Counted from the stretch's first letter, positions 1 to 12,636 are shown. The stretch is 64,000 bases of DNA from Octopus sinensis (GCF_006345805.1 NW_021834785.1:1-64000), one strand, 5' to 3'. Numbers and translations: made by a program. Notes: generated from the sequence alone by a model not told the origin.

Positions 1-129
1 CATCAAATGGATGTGTTTATAAAACTATTCTGCACATACAATAACAGCCATACCAAAAGACCAACATACCTCCTAACAAAAAACGGAGAAAAAACGGGCA
101 ACAAGAAAAAAGCCAACAACGCAAGGACG

Positions 130-270
130 TGGTACATGCAAAGTATTAATAAGACGCTCAGGGAAGGAAAGAAAGAGTGGTTTACGTTCGAGCAAAGCTC
201 TTCTTCTTCAGGAACTGAGACAGAGAAAAGTTCAAGAGAAAGGAAGACGGAGAAAAACCGACCACAGTCT
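130..270. mobile_element. Penelope-like terminal repeat (pLTR) fragment, family C
   Basis: gtattaataagacgctcagggaagg...ttacgttcgagcaaagctcttc resembles the repeats at 38836-39110 and 56330-56462; the minus strand has a hammerhead-like core at 180-215. Confidence 0.55.
180..215 (-). ncRNA. Degenerate minimal hammerhead ribozyme motif
   Basis: Minus strand reads GUU-c-CUGAAGA-agaa-GAGC-uuu-GCUC-GAAC-GUA-AAC: canonical CUGANGA, 4-bp stem II, but one A missing from GAAA and a GAA duplication. Confidence 0.4.
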
Positions 271-423
271 ACATGTGGTTACATTTTGGAACGTGTGTGT
301 GTTCATATATGTATGTATATATGTATGTATGTATGTATGGTTGTATGTATGTATGTATGTATGTTATGTATGTTTTATGTATGTATGTATGTAATGTATG
401 TCAATACAGTTTTCGTCAACGAA

Positions 424-545
424 ATTTACTGGGCAAGCCATTGGTCGTGTCCGGAGCTATAGTAGAGGACACTTAACCAAAGTGCTATGCAGTGGACTAA
501 ACTAGAACAACGTGGAAGCAAAGCGTGCTTCGTAAGCACACAGCC
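424..545 (-). mobile_element. tRNA-headed CORE-like SINE, 5' fragment
   Basis: Reverse complement resembles the first ~120 nt of the copy at 29891-30297 (ggctgtgtg...aagtgtcctctactatagc). Confidence 0.6.
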
Positions 546-846
546 CGCCGGTGCCGCAAACGTAGAATTTCTTGACGGAAGATCTCACAGTCAGCACGAG
601 GTTGTCTGCTCTGGAATATGTATCCTATAATTACGGGTCAGCTGTTATTTGATGCTCCACTGGGTATAATTTGAAGATTTTCAAGGATTATAAGAATGTT
701 TATTCGTAGAAAGTTTTATCCTAGAACATTTACGTACCTTTGGGATTTACCCATCTCAATGCAGTCTGTACTTTCTCTGTACCTGTCTGTTTATAAAAGT
801 ATGTATGTATGTGCGCATGTACCTATCTATCAGCCTGCCTGTCTGT

Positions 847-848
<2 letters not shown>

Positions 849-938
<90 letters not shown>
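849..938. repeat. (ATCT)n microsatellite
   Basis: Perfect tetranucleotide array; source of the IYLS-repeat ORFs. Similar arrays lie near 2500, 36185, 54635 and 55655. Confidence 0.98.
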
Positions 939-1052
939 ACGAATGCTTGTGTGTATGACAACTATTATATGCAAATATATTTATGTATGTTGCCGTATTT
1001 ATGTATCTCTCTGTCTCTCTTTCTCTCTCTCTCTCTAACTCTCTCTTTCGCC

Positions 1053-1096
<44 letters not shown>

Positions 1097-1099
1097 ATA

Positions 1100-1612
1100 T
1101 ACAATATGTTACATTAACTCGGTAGTCAAGATAAAACTCTGAGTTTCAGATGTCGAAGTGGAAATCCACAACACCATCTCTTCGGTTATCTGGCTATTTG
1201 AAAACGTTTGAAAAAATAACCGTTAAATAAAGGAAATTATCTGTTTATAACTCTGCTTGCCTGCGTACTTATACATCGCTCGCCGCATTTTCGTCGTCAT
1301 AAAATTATATAAAAATACATAAAAAATATATAAAAAATATATAAAAATATATAAATTCTTCTTGGGACATAACATAGAAAGCATGTTCTATCTGTTTTCT
1401 TTAGGGGACAAAAACGTAACAGAAACTTAGTCACATGTGGGCATGATCCGAAAGCTCTGTCCTTGTATTTAGACATGTAGTAGGGTCTAAGCTGCTTTTT
1501 CCAGATAAGCCATCTCTCCATGTCGCATAGACCGCATATTGTATAGATAATTTTCTCTATTTACATAATATTGAGGTCTCTTTCTTTCTTTTGTTATCTT
1601 ACCGTTTTATCA
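1100..1612 (-). mobile_element. Penelope-like element relic (family A) with C-terminal coding remnant and terminal repeat pieces
   Basis: Minus 1536-1417 encodes CGLCDMERWLI..(shift)SLDPTTCLNTRTEL..(shift)SCPHVTKFLL, fitting the CxLCxxE...LNxRxE...CxHxxKFLL terminus I recall for PLE GIY-YIG proteins. Hammerhead fold at 1129-1191. 1555-1612 recurs at 47225-47292. Confidence 0.7.
1129..1191 (-). ncRNA. Type I minimal hammerhead ribozyme motif (PLE family A)
   Basis: AGAUAA-CCGAAGA-GAUG..(GUGG auuu CCAC)..CAUC-u-GAAAC-UCAGA-GUU-UUAUCU: 6-bp stem I, long stem II, palindromic stem III (ACUC-A-GAGU). U4 is C and there is an extra U before GAAA. Confidence 0.6.
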
Positions 1613-2494
1613 ATATATATATATATATATATATATATGGCGTAGCGAGAAGAGAGAGAGAGATAGAGAGAATACACAGAGAGATAATACGTACATGCAC
1701 ACAAGAGAGAGAGAGACGAAGAGAGAGAGAGAGATGAAGAGAGAGAGAGATGAAGAGAGAGAGAGATGAAAAGAGAGACAAAGAGAGATAATACATATAT
1801 GCACACATACATACATAAATATATATGCATATATATATAGTTACAGTCATATATATATATATATAATATATATATATATAATGCACTGAAATACCACCAT
1901 CGTCATAATGTTGACCACAAACTGCAAACACAATTCTGTAAGTGGCATTTTGTATATAATGTGAAAATGACTTCGAATATTTGGTGTTTATTACATATCA
2001 CTATAATTTGGTAACTTAGAAATTGACGTGACAGGTTTTCTAAGGTTTGCAACTTTTTATAGACTTTTATAGAAAACATTAAATGAGAATGAACCAGCTG
2101 CTGGAAGCGTTTTGTATACTGGAATAGCTTGTCTATAAATGTCATTTATATACAATGCATTATATATGTATGTATGTTCTATTTATATTCATGTACATGT
2201 ATATATATACACACATATACAGACACGCATATATATATGAATGCGTGTATGTGCAAGAGTGTGCGTGTACATATGTATGATTGTATGGGAGAGAGAATGG
2301 ATTAAGTGAGAGAGAGAGAAAGAGAGAGAGAGAGGGGGAATAAAGGGTGAAAAAAGGAGAGAAAGAAACTGATAGATGACAGACAGGTGCGTATGCATCA
2401 TTTGTGTACATATTTATAAATTTATATATTTATATATACATATATATTTATATATACATACATTTTAAAAATATATTGTGTTTTTGTCTATCTT

Positions 2495-2575
<81 letters not shown>

Positions 2576-4037
2576 TTATCTATCTTTCTATCTATCTATC
2601 TGTCTGTCTATCTAAAATTATTATAATTATAAACATAATTATAATTAGGGTTTAGCAAAATTGTTTCACTACATACCGAAATTTAGAAATAGCAGTTAAA
2701 TACTATTCTACTTCCATAAGATATCTCCCAGACAGCTATACTCTCAACTCACACAGGCAAAGAGAGAAAAACCAAAAAAAAAAACACAAAAAAAAAACGA
2801 ATCCACCCGACTTAGATTAACTATATACGCGTTTCTGTCCTATCTATCTAGACATATAATGTGGACAGAAATTCGCAATTACAGGCATATGTGTGAGTAT
2901 GTATGTGTATATTCCTGTACTTCCAGTTCAATATACTATGTAATTCAATACAAGACGTTGCAATAACTCACTAGTTCTACTGATACAGTAAAAATTGTGT
3001 AATAATACCTTATATATCGATACGACAGGCTGCAGCGGTCGCAATATTGGTTGTACTCTAACAGTCATTGCCAGTTAGTCTGATAGCACTGCTGCCAATA
3101 ATTCACACTAATATATATTCTTTAGTAGGTAGGTATAATCTTTTAAATTGCTGCTTTCTCAAAAAAAAAAAAAAAGAAATTTTGTTGAAGAGAAGTAGCT
3201 TTTTAAGTAATAGATATATTAGGAAAAATAAAACCCACCCCAGCTATCTGAATATCTAAATGAAATTTTCAAATGTGTTCTGAACACGGGTTTCATAAAT
3301 TTACGAATTGAATCGAACAAAGTTCATGAAAATCAAACGTCACGTAGGGATATTAGTGGTTCAACTGAATCAAAATACGACCAAGTAGGAATCGAAACCA
3401 TGACTTAGAGGTGGCTTGTTGGTATCTCTCATTCTAAAGCTTACCGGCCGTGACCTCGTTGTCATATTTTAGAACGAAACTGGTTAAATAGCACATGTTC
3501 ATAGATTATCCTTGGCAAAGTGAAGTGGTGTAGGTGGTGGAAAAGGCCATCTTCACTTGATAGCTACAATGTCGATTCGCGCTTATGTAAGAAGCAACAT
3601 TACTACAAGCGCCTAAAAGTCATGTAAGCTAATATGATAGTAAACTACTAGCAACAACTAGTGTAGTAGTGAGATAGCGCAGGCAGCTATAGAGCTACAA
3701 ACACAAATACTACACACGACACGCATGGCAGTGCGGTACAGAAATCCACTTTGTAAATGCATGGTTTCAGGTTCGTTTCATGAGCAAGTGGTTTATACCA
3801 TAAATTTCTCTCGTTCAAAGGCTGTGTTTAGTTGATAGAGGCAGTGCGGAATCCTGTTCGAGAGATCTTTCCTTTTCGTGGAAGTGGAATTAATCCCTTG
3901 TCTGCTTTATTACAACGTTATGTACCTTGGGTGCATTTAGCAGAATTCAATCTGCTGCAAGTATTCGAACTGGTGAGGGATCTGATGGTGTATTGAATAC
4001 ATACATACATACCTGCATACATACATACATACATACA

Positions 4038-4069
<32 letters not shown>

Positions 4070-4170
4070 CATACGTACATATATATATGTGAATTTATGG
4101 CTATATATTTGCATGTATATACATACATACATACATACATACATACATACATACATACATACATGCGTAC

Positions 4171-4216
<46 letters not shown>

Positions 4217-4545
4217 ATACTTTGAAATGATTAAACACGAACTACTATCGAAACTTACATATCATGTACAGGAAACTTTTTTTAACCACTTCTATACACC
4301 ACTTTACTCGAATAATGGAACTGCAACTAGAGTATTTTATGTATTATTTCTACTTTCATTCTCTTATTTTCTCTATCTCCCACTTTTCCATAATAATTCC
4401 TTATTTCGAACTCAAACATTTACCTCTCTCACATCGTCTTTAATGAAGGGATATCCATAATATCCCAGAAATAGCTGCAAAACTATATCTCTTTCCTTAT
4501 AAACGTCCTCACAGTCTTGGCTTTGTTATCTGCTTTTGTCTAATA

Positions 4546-4700
4546 TACAGGGGTTGGACAAAATAATGGAAACACCTAGCATCATAGCATCATAATTGAA
4601 AAAGCACCAATTCATACAGCTAAAGTTGTTGCTGAATGGTACAAGGAACATTCTAGTGAAGTTGAACATCTTATCTGGCCACCACAGTCCCCAGATACTG
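4546..4700 (+). mobile_element. Internally deleted Tc1-family transposon
   Basis: TA + CAGGGGTTGGACAAAATAATGGAAACAC (Tc1-type TIR) followed within ~30 bp by 4604-4696 encoding APIHTAKVVAEWYKEHSSEVEHLIWPPQSPD, the Tc1 WPPQSPD motif. Confidence 0.85.
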
Positions 4701-5984
4701 GGACTGATTATGGAACAAAGAGTTATTACATTCAAGTCAGAGCTCTGTTCTGGGTGCCGACAATAGAATAGACAACATTAATTGCGCCTAAATTAATTCC
4801 TAATTGGAAACAGTTATTACTTCTAGTTTTTGCCTGTCCGGCGACACTCAAAAGATAGAGGTGAAAGAGAAAACAATTGTAAAATCTACATTTTCAAAGT
4901 GCGTACTGTGGTACGGAACCAAAGAATTGTGAAACGAACCTGTTAATGAGACAAACGTGCCTGTTGTTTTTCGTGCCTTATCTTATCGTGCATCCATTTC
5001 AAACTTTAAGCCATTCATTGGCAGATCTGTAGTATCAAAAACTTAATTCTGGTTCACAACTGCCACAAAGGTATTAACATGTAAAAACTCCATCTGACCC
5101 TCAACCACAAATGACCTCACTATTCTGATCTCACAAGAGCCTTGTTCACTACTTAGTCAAAGGTTCTCCTGGATATGGGTACTGGTCCCCCATCACATAC
5201 TACGAAGATGTGTACGTTTATACTTAACGTGTTCTTGCACACGAAATCATGAAGGTATTCGCTGCGAGAGCTTGATTCGGATTAAAATTTCTCTCTACAT
5301 GACAAAGTTCAGCATCCACCAGCAAATACAGTGTTTGCTCTTTTTTTATATACAAAAGATCCGGTTTAGTTCCAAGTGGTCGAGGCTGTAACTATAATTG
5401 AAAAGACAAAATTATGTTGAAACACCGTATTATGTAGCATGCTGAAATAATTTGGACTTCGAATCGATGCCTTTTTATATAAAGTCTATAGGAAAAACTT
5501 TTTCCAGAAAAAGTCCCACAGCTAATGCTTTTCACATTCTACTGTTGCAGAACATGGTAAATATAAATGTACATAGCAATATATTGACCCTTGTTACTTC
5601 GTGTGTTTGTACCAAAGATGATTTTAAGTAGTACATCATATATGGTGTCAATAGAAGCGACTAGCCGAGTGGTTAGTATGTTTGGTTCAGGATCATAATG
5701 TCGTGAGCTCAATCTCTAGACCAGCTGGTGCTTTGTGTCCTTTAGCAAGGAACATTGATTTAGTCTATTCAGTAGAAAGTATGTACCAGCTGGAGTCCTT
5801 CGCGCAAAACCCTTTTACATTGCTCCAGTCTACTCTGAAGAAAATGATGACCGTCTGAGTACTGGTGTAGATCTTCCACCCTTCCGTTGTTTCATTCTGA
5901 ATGTACCACTGAATGTGCCAAAGTTTGGGATGGTTGAAAGGGTGTCTATGCCTACTTGCGACGACATAGGCACCCTAAAGTATA

Positions 5985-6198
5985 GGCGGCGAGCCGGCAG
6001 AAACGTTAGCACGCCGGGCGAAATGCTTAGCGGCATTTCGTCTGTCTTTACGTTTTAAGTTCAAATTCCGCCGAGGTCGACTTTGCCTTTCATCCTTTCG
6101 GGGTCGATAAATTTATTACAAGCTGCGTACTGGGGTCGATCTAATCAACTGGTCCTCTCCCAAAAAATTTCGGGTCGTGTGCCCAGAGTAGAAAAAGA
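5985..6198 (+). mobile_element. tRNA-headed SINE with Nin-like domain, tail Y
   Basis: A-box-like GGCAGAAACGTTAG, B-box-like AAGTTCAAATTCC, core gtcgactttgcctttcatcctttcggggtcgataaa; many copies in this window. Confidence 0.85.
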
Positions 6199-6317
6199 AC
6201 AAAACAAAACGAAAGTATTAGCGAAAGAATGGTGCATATTATGAAGCCTTTCTCCTTTGCATGTAACACCTGATGCTATTTAATATCAATAACATATTAG
6301 ATAATACTACTTTAGAT

Positions 6318-6480
6318 TAAGGCAGCGATTACTCTTTAGCCATAAAAGCGACGGATGAAATGACTTATAATATCCGTTGTGGCTCTCTGCATTCTGAGTT
6401 CAAATCTCAACAAAGTGAACTTTGTCTTTCATCTCTTGTTGATGGGTTGGGGTGGGGGTCGATAAAATAAATACCAGTTC
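6318..6480 (+). mobile_element. Degenerate Nin-like SINE
   Basis: cattctgagttcaaatctc...ctttgtctttcatctc...ggggtcgataaaataaataccagtt. Confidence 0.6.
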
Positions 6481-6630
6481 TATACATACATACTTACATA
6501 CATACTAGATACATGCATACACGCACACACATACATATATGAACAGGAGTATATGTGTGTGTGTGTGTGTGTGTGTGTATGGCCTATGAAAGGTGAGAAG
6601 AACTATATTTTAAACTCATGCACACACATA

Positions 6631-6667
<37 letters not shown>

Positions 6668-6980
6668 GTATGTATTTGTGTATGTACGTAGACGCAGAGT
6701 TAAACAGATGGAAACATAGTTCTGGCAAAGTTCTTGGAAATCAGAAGGGAGGAAGCTGGATGAAATAATAAAACGCCAACAATGATAAAAGGCACAAAAA
6801 GAAGAAAACAGCAAGAACAACGAAAAAAAAACTGTTGTTTGGAAAATAGAGCAACACATTAGATGATAAGGTGTGCGTAATAACGGAAAGCACAACTAAT
6901 TAGAGGGGGGAACAATAATTGATGGATGCCCTTATATATATATATCATATATGTACATAAGCATATCAAACATATATATG

Positions 6981-7022
<42 letters not shown>

Positions 7023-7087
7023 ATGTTTGTGTGTGTGTGTGAGTATACTTTTATATTTATAACTGCTTGTAAGTAACATATATATAT

Positions 7088-7119
<32 letters not shown>

Positions 7120-7141
7120 GATAATATATATATATATATAT

Positions 7142-7179
<38 letters not shown>

Positions 7180-7438
7180 TACATATATATTTATAAGTAC
7201 TACACTCACAACTATCTATATTATATATTGAAATATTTGAAATATCACGCTCATATGCGTATAGGAATTTTTCATAATTTACAAGTACAAATCTATTCTA
7301 TCAAGAATTACTTCAGAAGTTGTTTTCTCAGTAATATATAATTACAATTATACTTTACTTTCGTTATTATGTTTAGGCAGGATTTTAAGTAGTAATATAT
7401 CTATATCTGTATATGTTTATAGCTTTATACCTAGCACC

Positions 7439-7528
<90 letters not shown>

Positions 7529-7695
7529 CTCTCCCCACTCTATCTATTTACACTGTTACATGCGTGTATCAACTTACGCATGGATTTGTAAACGTTTGTG
7601 CTTACAAATGGGAAAAATACTGAATATTTAAAGTGTCTATATTATATTTGAAGCTAAATCTAAACTGATTTCAAGTTCCTGGCTATTTAAATAAC

Positions 7696-7985
7696 TTTAT
7701 TGAGCGAAAACACCTAAAGCTCCACGAGGCTCCGGCAGGGATGGTGGTGATCCCTGCTGTACTCTTTCACCACAACTTTCTCTCACTCTTACTTCCTGTT
7801 TCTGTTGTACCTGTATTTCAAAGGGCCGGCCTTGTCACTCTCTGTGTCACGCTGAATATCCCCGAGAACCACGTTAAGTGTACACGTGTCTGTGGAGTTC
7901 TCGGCCACTTGCACGTTAATTTCACAAGCAGGCTGTTCCGTTGATCGGATCAACCGGAACCCTCGTCGTCGTAACCGACGGAGTG
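7696..7985 (+). mobile_element. SINE family 3, 5'-truncated, tail type 1
   Basis: ttattgagcgaaaacacctaaagctccacgaggctccggcagggatggtgg...ctttctctcactctt is shared with 31461-31740 and 47331-47597. Confidence 0.8.
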
Positions 7986-8108
7986 TTTCTCCCATTATGC
8001 GTAGAATTCGTGAAATTTAAATTTTTCTCATGTCAACAAACACATGGTACTTTCATATTTACAATAGCACATATATAAGCATATCAAGGATGGTAGGTAT
8101 TGTTCATT

Positions 8109-8345
8109 AAGGCGGCAAGCTGGCAGAATCGTTAGCGCGCCGGGCGAAATGTGTAGCCGTATTTCGTCTGCCGTTACGTTCTGAGTTCAAATTCCGCCGA
8201 GGTCGACTTTGCCTTTCATCCTTTCGGGGTCGATAAATTAAGTACCAGTTACGCACTGGGGTCGATGTAGTCAACTTAATCCGTTTGTCTGTCCTTGTTT
8301 GTCCCCTATATGTTTAGCCCCTTGTGGGTAGTTAAGAAATAGGTA
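8109..8345 (+). mobile_element. Full-length Nin-like SINE, tail X
   Basis: Head, B box, Nin-like core and tail ttgtttgtcccctatatgtttagccccttgtggg...aagaaataggta; close match to 37098-37332. Confidence 0.9.
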
Positions 8346-8367
8346 GATATTGTTCATGAAGATTAAT

Positions 8368-8560
8368 AAAGCAGCGATTTTGTAGAATCGTTAGCACGCA
8401 AAATTTCGTATGTGCCTTCTGAATTCAAATTCTGCCGAGTTCCATTTTGACTTTCATCCTTTCGGGGTCAATAAAATAAGTATCAGTTGTGGACTAGGGT
8501 CCTTCTAATCGGCCTGCCCCGTCCCTCGTAACTATTGACCATGTGGCAAAATTTGAAGCA
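8368..8560 (+). mobile_element. Degenerate Nin-like SINE, tandem to the previous copy
   Basis: tgaattcaaattctgccgag...gactttcatcctttcggggtcaataaaataagtatcagtt. Confidence 0.7.
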
Positions 8561-9898
8561 AATATAGATAAGTAATGATGCTTTCTTTATATATTTATGT
8601 GGACAGCTTTCCTTTTATGTTAAATACATAAACTTTGAAATAAATTATTTTATCCCGCTAGGAGGTAGAAATTATTCAATAAAAAGCAGTGGAAGTGTCT
8701 GCGAGAATTTCGTAATTCTGATCTTTTGTTCATTGTTGCAAAAGGCTGAATAGAACGTTATTAGCCCCTTGAGGGCAGTAAAGAAATAAGAAATAAGAAC
8801 GTTGAGAGACAAATAACTGTTCATGCAGGGGACACGTGTTCTTACTGGAACAAATATATTTTGATAGTAAATGTGTGAAGCTTCTTTCAGAATGCCTCTA
8901 TATTTATATATGTTGCGAGAATCTTTTATTTAAGGACTTTTCAGGAGGCTCGATATGAGTTTTTGTGTGACTGTTACGCATAAAGATCTTAGTTTGACAG
9001 ACATATACTTCAATAAGACATATGTTGTTGAGAGAGCATATATTAGAACTTATGCAATTAATCGGTAAAGAAGATTTTTGCAAGTTCGCACTGAGAAAAA
9101 AACTTCTGTGTAAACTGACTACGAAAGCGGCAAAGGTTTTGATGCAACGGTTGCTTATCTTAATGTTATTTCTATTATATATCTGACAATATCTATGCAT
9201 ATTGATGTTTAGAATGTCCTAGCAACATCGGAATGACATTTCAAATATAGAAGAATGTGCTATTTAATATTACTTTTTGCATTTATGAAAATGTGTGTTC
9301 TTTTGTATATAATGTCTCTCCCTTTAAAATTAATGTATCGTTATAGCAATTGGCAGCAATTCTACCTTGTCAGAGGATAAGCTGGATGTGTACTTAATAC
9401 TGTTTTGTCACTACGTTTTAAGGATTAGTTGACAATGGTGGGAATATATATTAATATAGCATAATATCACGTTCGTCGGGTCCAATTATAAGAGTAGCAT
9501 TTACTAATGTACAACTTTGAATTTATATATAAGCAATTAACTCCGATTTGATATGTAATTAACGCAATCTTTTGACCTAAAACCATACATATGCTGATGA
9601 ATATTCTTCTAGCAGCTTTGATTTAATAGTCACTCGTATTTTGCAAAATCAAGATTCACAATAATAAAGTAATTGCATCAACCTCGATATTTGCTTTCTC
9701 AACGGTAGGCGTCTTTCTAAAGCATAACAGCAAGTGTGTTTCTGGAACATAGCAAGCGAATATGGTTTCGTTTATGGAAAAGAGAAAAAGCTCTACAACG
9801 ATTGCTGGTAATGCATTTAAATAAGGATTCTTGTTACATATGTAAATAGTCAGTCGCTCAGAAAGACACATCACATTACTATTCAAGAATTACTTTGT

Positions 9899-9968
<70 letters not shown>

Positions 9969-10437
9969 GTATAAAAGATGGGCTACAGCAAATATTCTGC
10001 TCCATACCAGAGATTTGCTTGTCAGTTGGTTGACCTTAACCAGTTGAGCATGTCCCTTAGTGGCTGACGATATGTGCATCTCTGATCACGAACAGAAGTA
10101 GTGGGGGAGCATCATAGCGGTGTGTTGAAAGGAATTCTTGGAGGTTTGGATAATTCACCTTTGGAAACATGGGTGGTTTGTTCAACATCCTTAATCAATC
10201 CTTATTCAGGGACCTTTTGAGCGAGATGGGCTACTCGACCAGAAGAAAATTCTAATTGGGCCCCACCAGCAAGGTCATGCGCTGTTTATCTTGATATGAG
10301 ATCACTATGTCGCGCACATATGGTTGTGATGCATGTGCTTGGTGTACCCTTATCAGACGGGTAGTCATGATGTGTATACTGGGATTCGCATATTTTATCC
10401 CAGTGTTACTTTGATGGCATGCACTGCTCTCTCACTC
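9969..10437 (+). mobile_element. ~560-bp (AAT)n-embedded non-coding retroposon-like element, 5'-truncated copy 1
   Basis: High similarity to the reverse complement of 40121-40677; ends in gcactgctctctcactc followed by (AAT)n and is preceded by (AAT)n. Confidence 0.85.
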
Positions 10438-10519
<82 letters not shown>

Positions 10520-10779
10520 GTTCTTTCAACATCCTTAAACAACCCTTATTCAGGGACCGTTTAAGCGGGATGGGCTACTCAACCTGAAGAAAATTCTAAC
10601 TGGGCCCCACCTGCAAGGTCATGTGCTGTTTATCTTGATATGAGATCACCATGTCGCGCACATATGGTTGTGATGCATGTGCCTGGTGTACCCTTATCAG
10701 ACGGGTAGTCATGATGGGTATATTGGGCTTCGTATATTTTACCCCAGTGTCACTTTGATGGCATGAACTGCTCTCTCAC

Positions 10780-10781
<2 letters not shown>
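10520..10781 (+). mobile_element. ~560-bp element, 5'-truncated copy 2
   Basis: Same 3' ~260 bp as copy 1, flanked by (AAT)n on both sides. Confidence 0.85.
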
Positions 10782-10836
<55 letters not shown>

Positions 10837-10838
10837 TA

Positions 10839-12570
10839 TGACTTAAAACTTTATGGTAAAGACAATAATGAACTTGAAGGCCTATTGCGCACCGTGAAAT
10901 CATTCAGCGATGACATCGGGATGGAATTTGGACTTGAGAAGTGTGCCAAGGCCACTTTCCAGAAAGGGAAAGTGAAGACCACAAATTCAGTCGTGTTAGA
11001 TGTTGACACAGTCATAAGAGAGCTTGAGCAAGAACAAACATACAAATATTTAGGGATAAATGAAGGCTCTGGTATTCAGCATGCAAGCATGAAAGAGAAA
11101 ATCAGGAAGGAATGTTATAGGAGAGTTCGTGCAGTCCTGAAATCTGAACTAAATGCACGTAACAAGGTGTTAGCTATAAATTCCCTAGCAGTTCCAGTTG
11201 TTACTTATAGCTACAATGTGTTGAACTGGAATATGAGTGAAGTAAAGAATATAGATAGAAAAATACGCAAGCTGCTGAGTTGTAATAGGATGCTCCACCC
11301 AAAGGCAGACGTAGATCGCCTTTACCTTCCCAGAGCCGAAGGAAGTCGAGGCCTGATCCAATTTGAACTAGCTTACAAAACAACCACAATTGGACTGGCC
11401 AAATATCTCGAAATATCGAATGACTGGATGCTAAAGCTCGTGGAAAATCACGAGAGACGAAAGAAGCTTCATTCTATCATCAAGGAAAGCAAAAAAATTG
11501 CTATTGATCTCGTGCAGGATACCCAAACTGAACAACCGAGGGAAGTACGGCAACTATTGTTGCAAAGAAGGTGAAAATGATGGCAATGAAAAAAGCGCAC
11601 GAGCAATTGGCTGATAGGTGGGAGGAGAAACCTCTGCACGGCAAATATGTGACCCGCAGCAAACAAGCTGATGTTGACCAGAAGCAAACCCATCAGTGGC
11701 TACGGAGCTCAGGGCTAAAAGCAGAGAGCGAAGGTTTCATCCTGGCTGCTCAAGACCAAAGCCTATCAACCCGGAACTACCAGGCCAATGTGATGAAAAA
11801 TGGAGCAGACCCAAAATGCCGATTCTGCAACGACATGATTGAAACAGTGGACCACCTAATCTCTAGATGTAAAGTCTTAGCACCAGTGGAGTATAAATTA
11901 AGACATGACAGAGTTGGCCAATATCTCCACTGGCTAATAAGTCGGCATTACAATATCAAAACTGCCGACAAGTGGTATAATCACCACCCTGAGGCTGTAA
12001 CTGAAGGAGAAAATGTAACCATTCTGTGGGACTTTCCAGTACATACAGACCGAACCATCAAGGCCAATAAACCAGATATTGTTGTGAAAGACCAAAACAA
12101 TAAAGTTTGCTTATTGATCGACATGAGCATCCCCTGTGATCATAATATCTCAGCGAAAAAGAGTTTGACAAGCTCAGAAAATATAAAGACCTACTCATTG
12201 AAATTGAGAAAATGTGGCATCTCAAGGCGGTTACAATACCAGTGATCGTAGGAGCACTAGGAATGATCAAGAAGGGAACCGAAAATTATATGAGAATGAT
12301 CCCTGGCTTACCATCCCTGCAAGAAGTGCAAAAGATTGTCTTAACTGGTACATCACACGTATTGAGAAGAGCATTGTCGATGTGAGAACTGTTGCTGCTC
12401 ATGTATTTTAATTTAACTTTAAAAAAAAAAAAATAAAAATAAAAAAAAAATGAACGAACTACTGAGTTTGGTTTAATGGCCTACCAATATACACTATGAG
12501 TTTCTTTGCCCTAGGAGTCGGGAAGACACTCGGCAAGAAATGGAAGAAATTTGAAAGAAGAAAAAAAAAA
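10839..12570 (+). mobile_element. R4/Dong-like non-LTR retrotransposon, 5'-truncated (family A)
   Basis: RT C-terminal part (DLKLYGK..DDIGMEFGLEKCAK..YKYLG..LYLPRAEGSRGL), CCHC finger (CRFC..ETVDHLISRC), RHD motif and restriction-like endonuclease (NKPDIVV..LIDMSIP..EFDK..KYKDL). Ends LRRALSM* at 12385 after two frameshifts (~11545, ~12155); 3' UTR, A-run, then (TAA)n. Confidence 0.93.
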
Positions 12571-12636
12571 GTAATAATAATAATAATAATAGTAATAATA
12601 ATAATAATGATAATAATAATAACAACAACAACAACA

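Noticed and set aside
9019-9290. Possible hAT transposase C-terminal relic (LREHILEL..LTTKAAKVLMQ)
   Set aside because: Only a loose resemblance over a few residues; no TIR or diagnostic motif.
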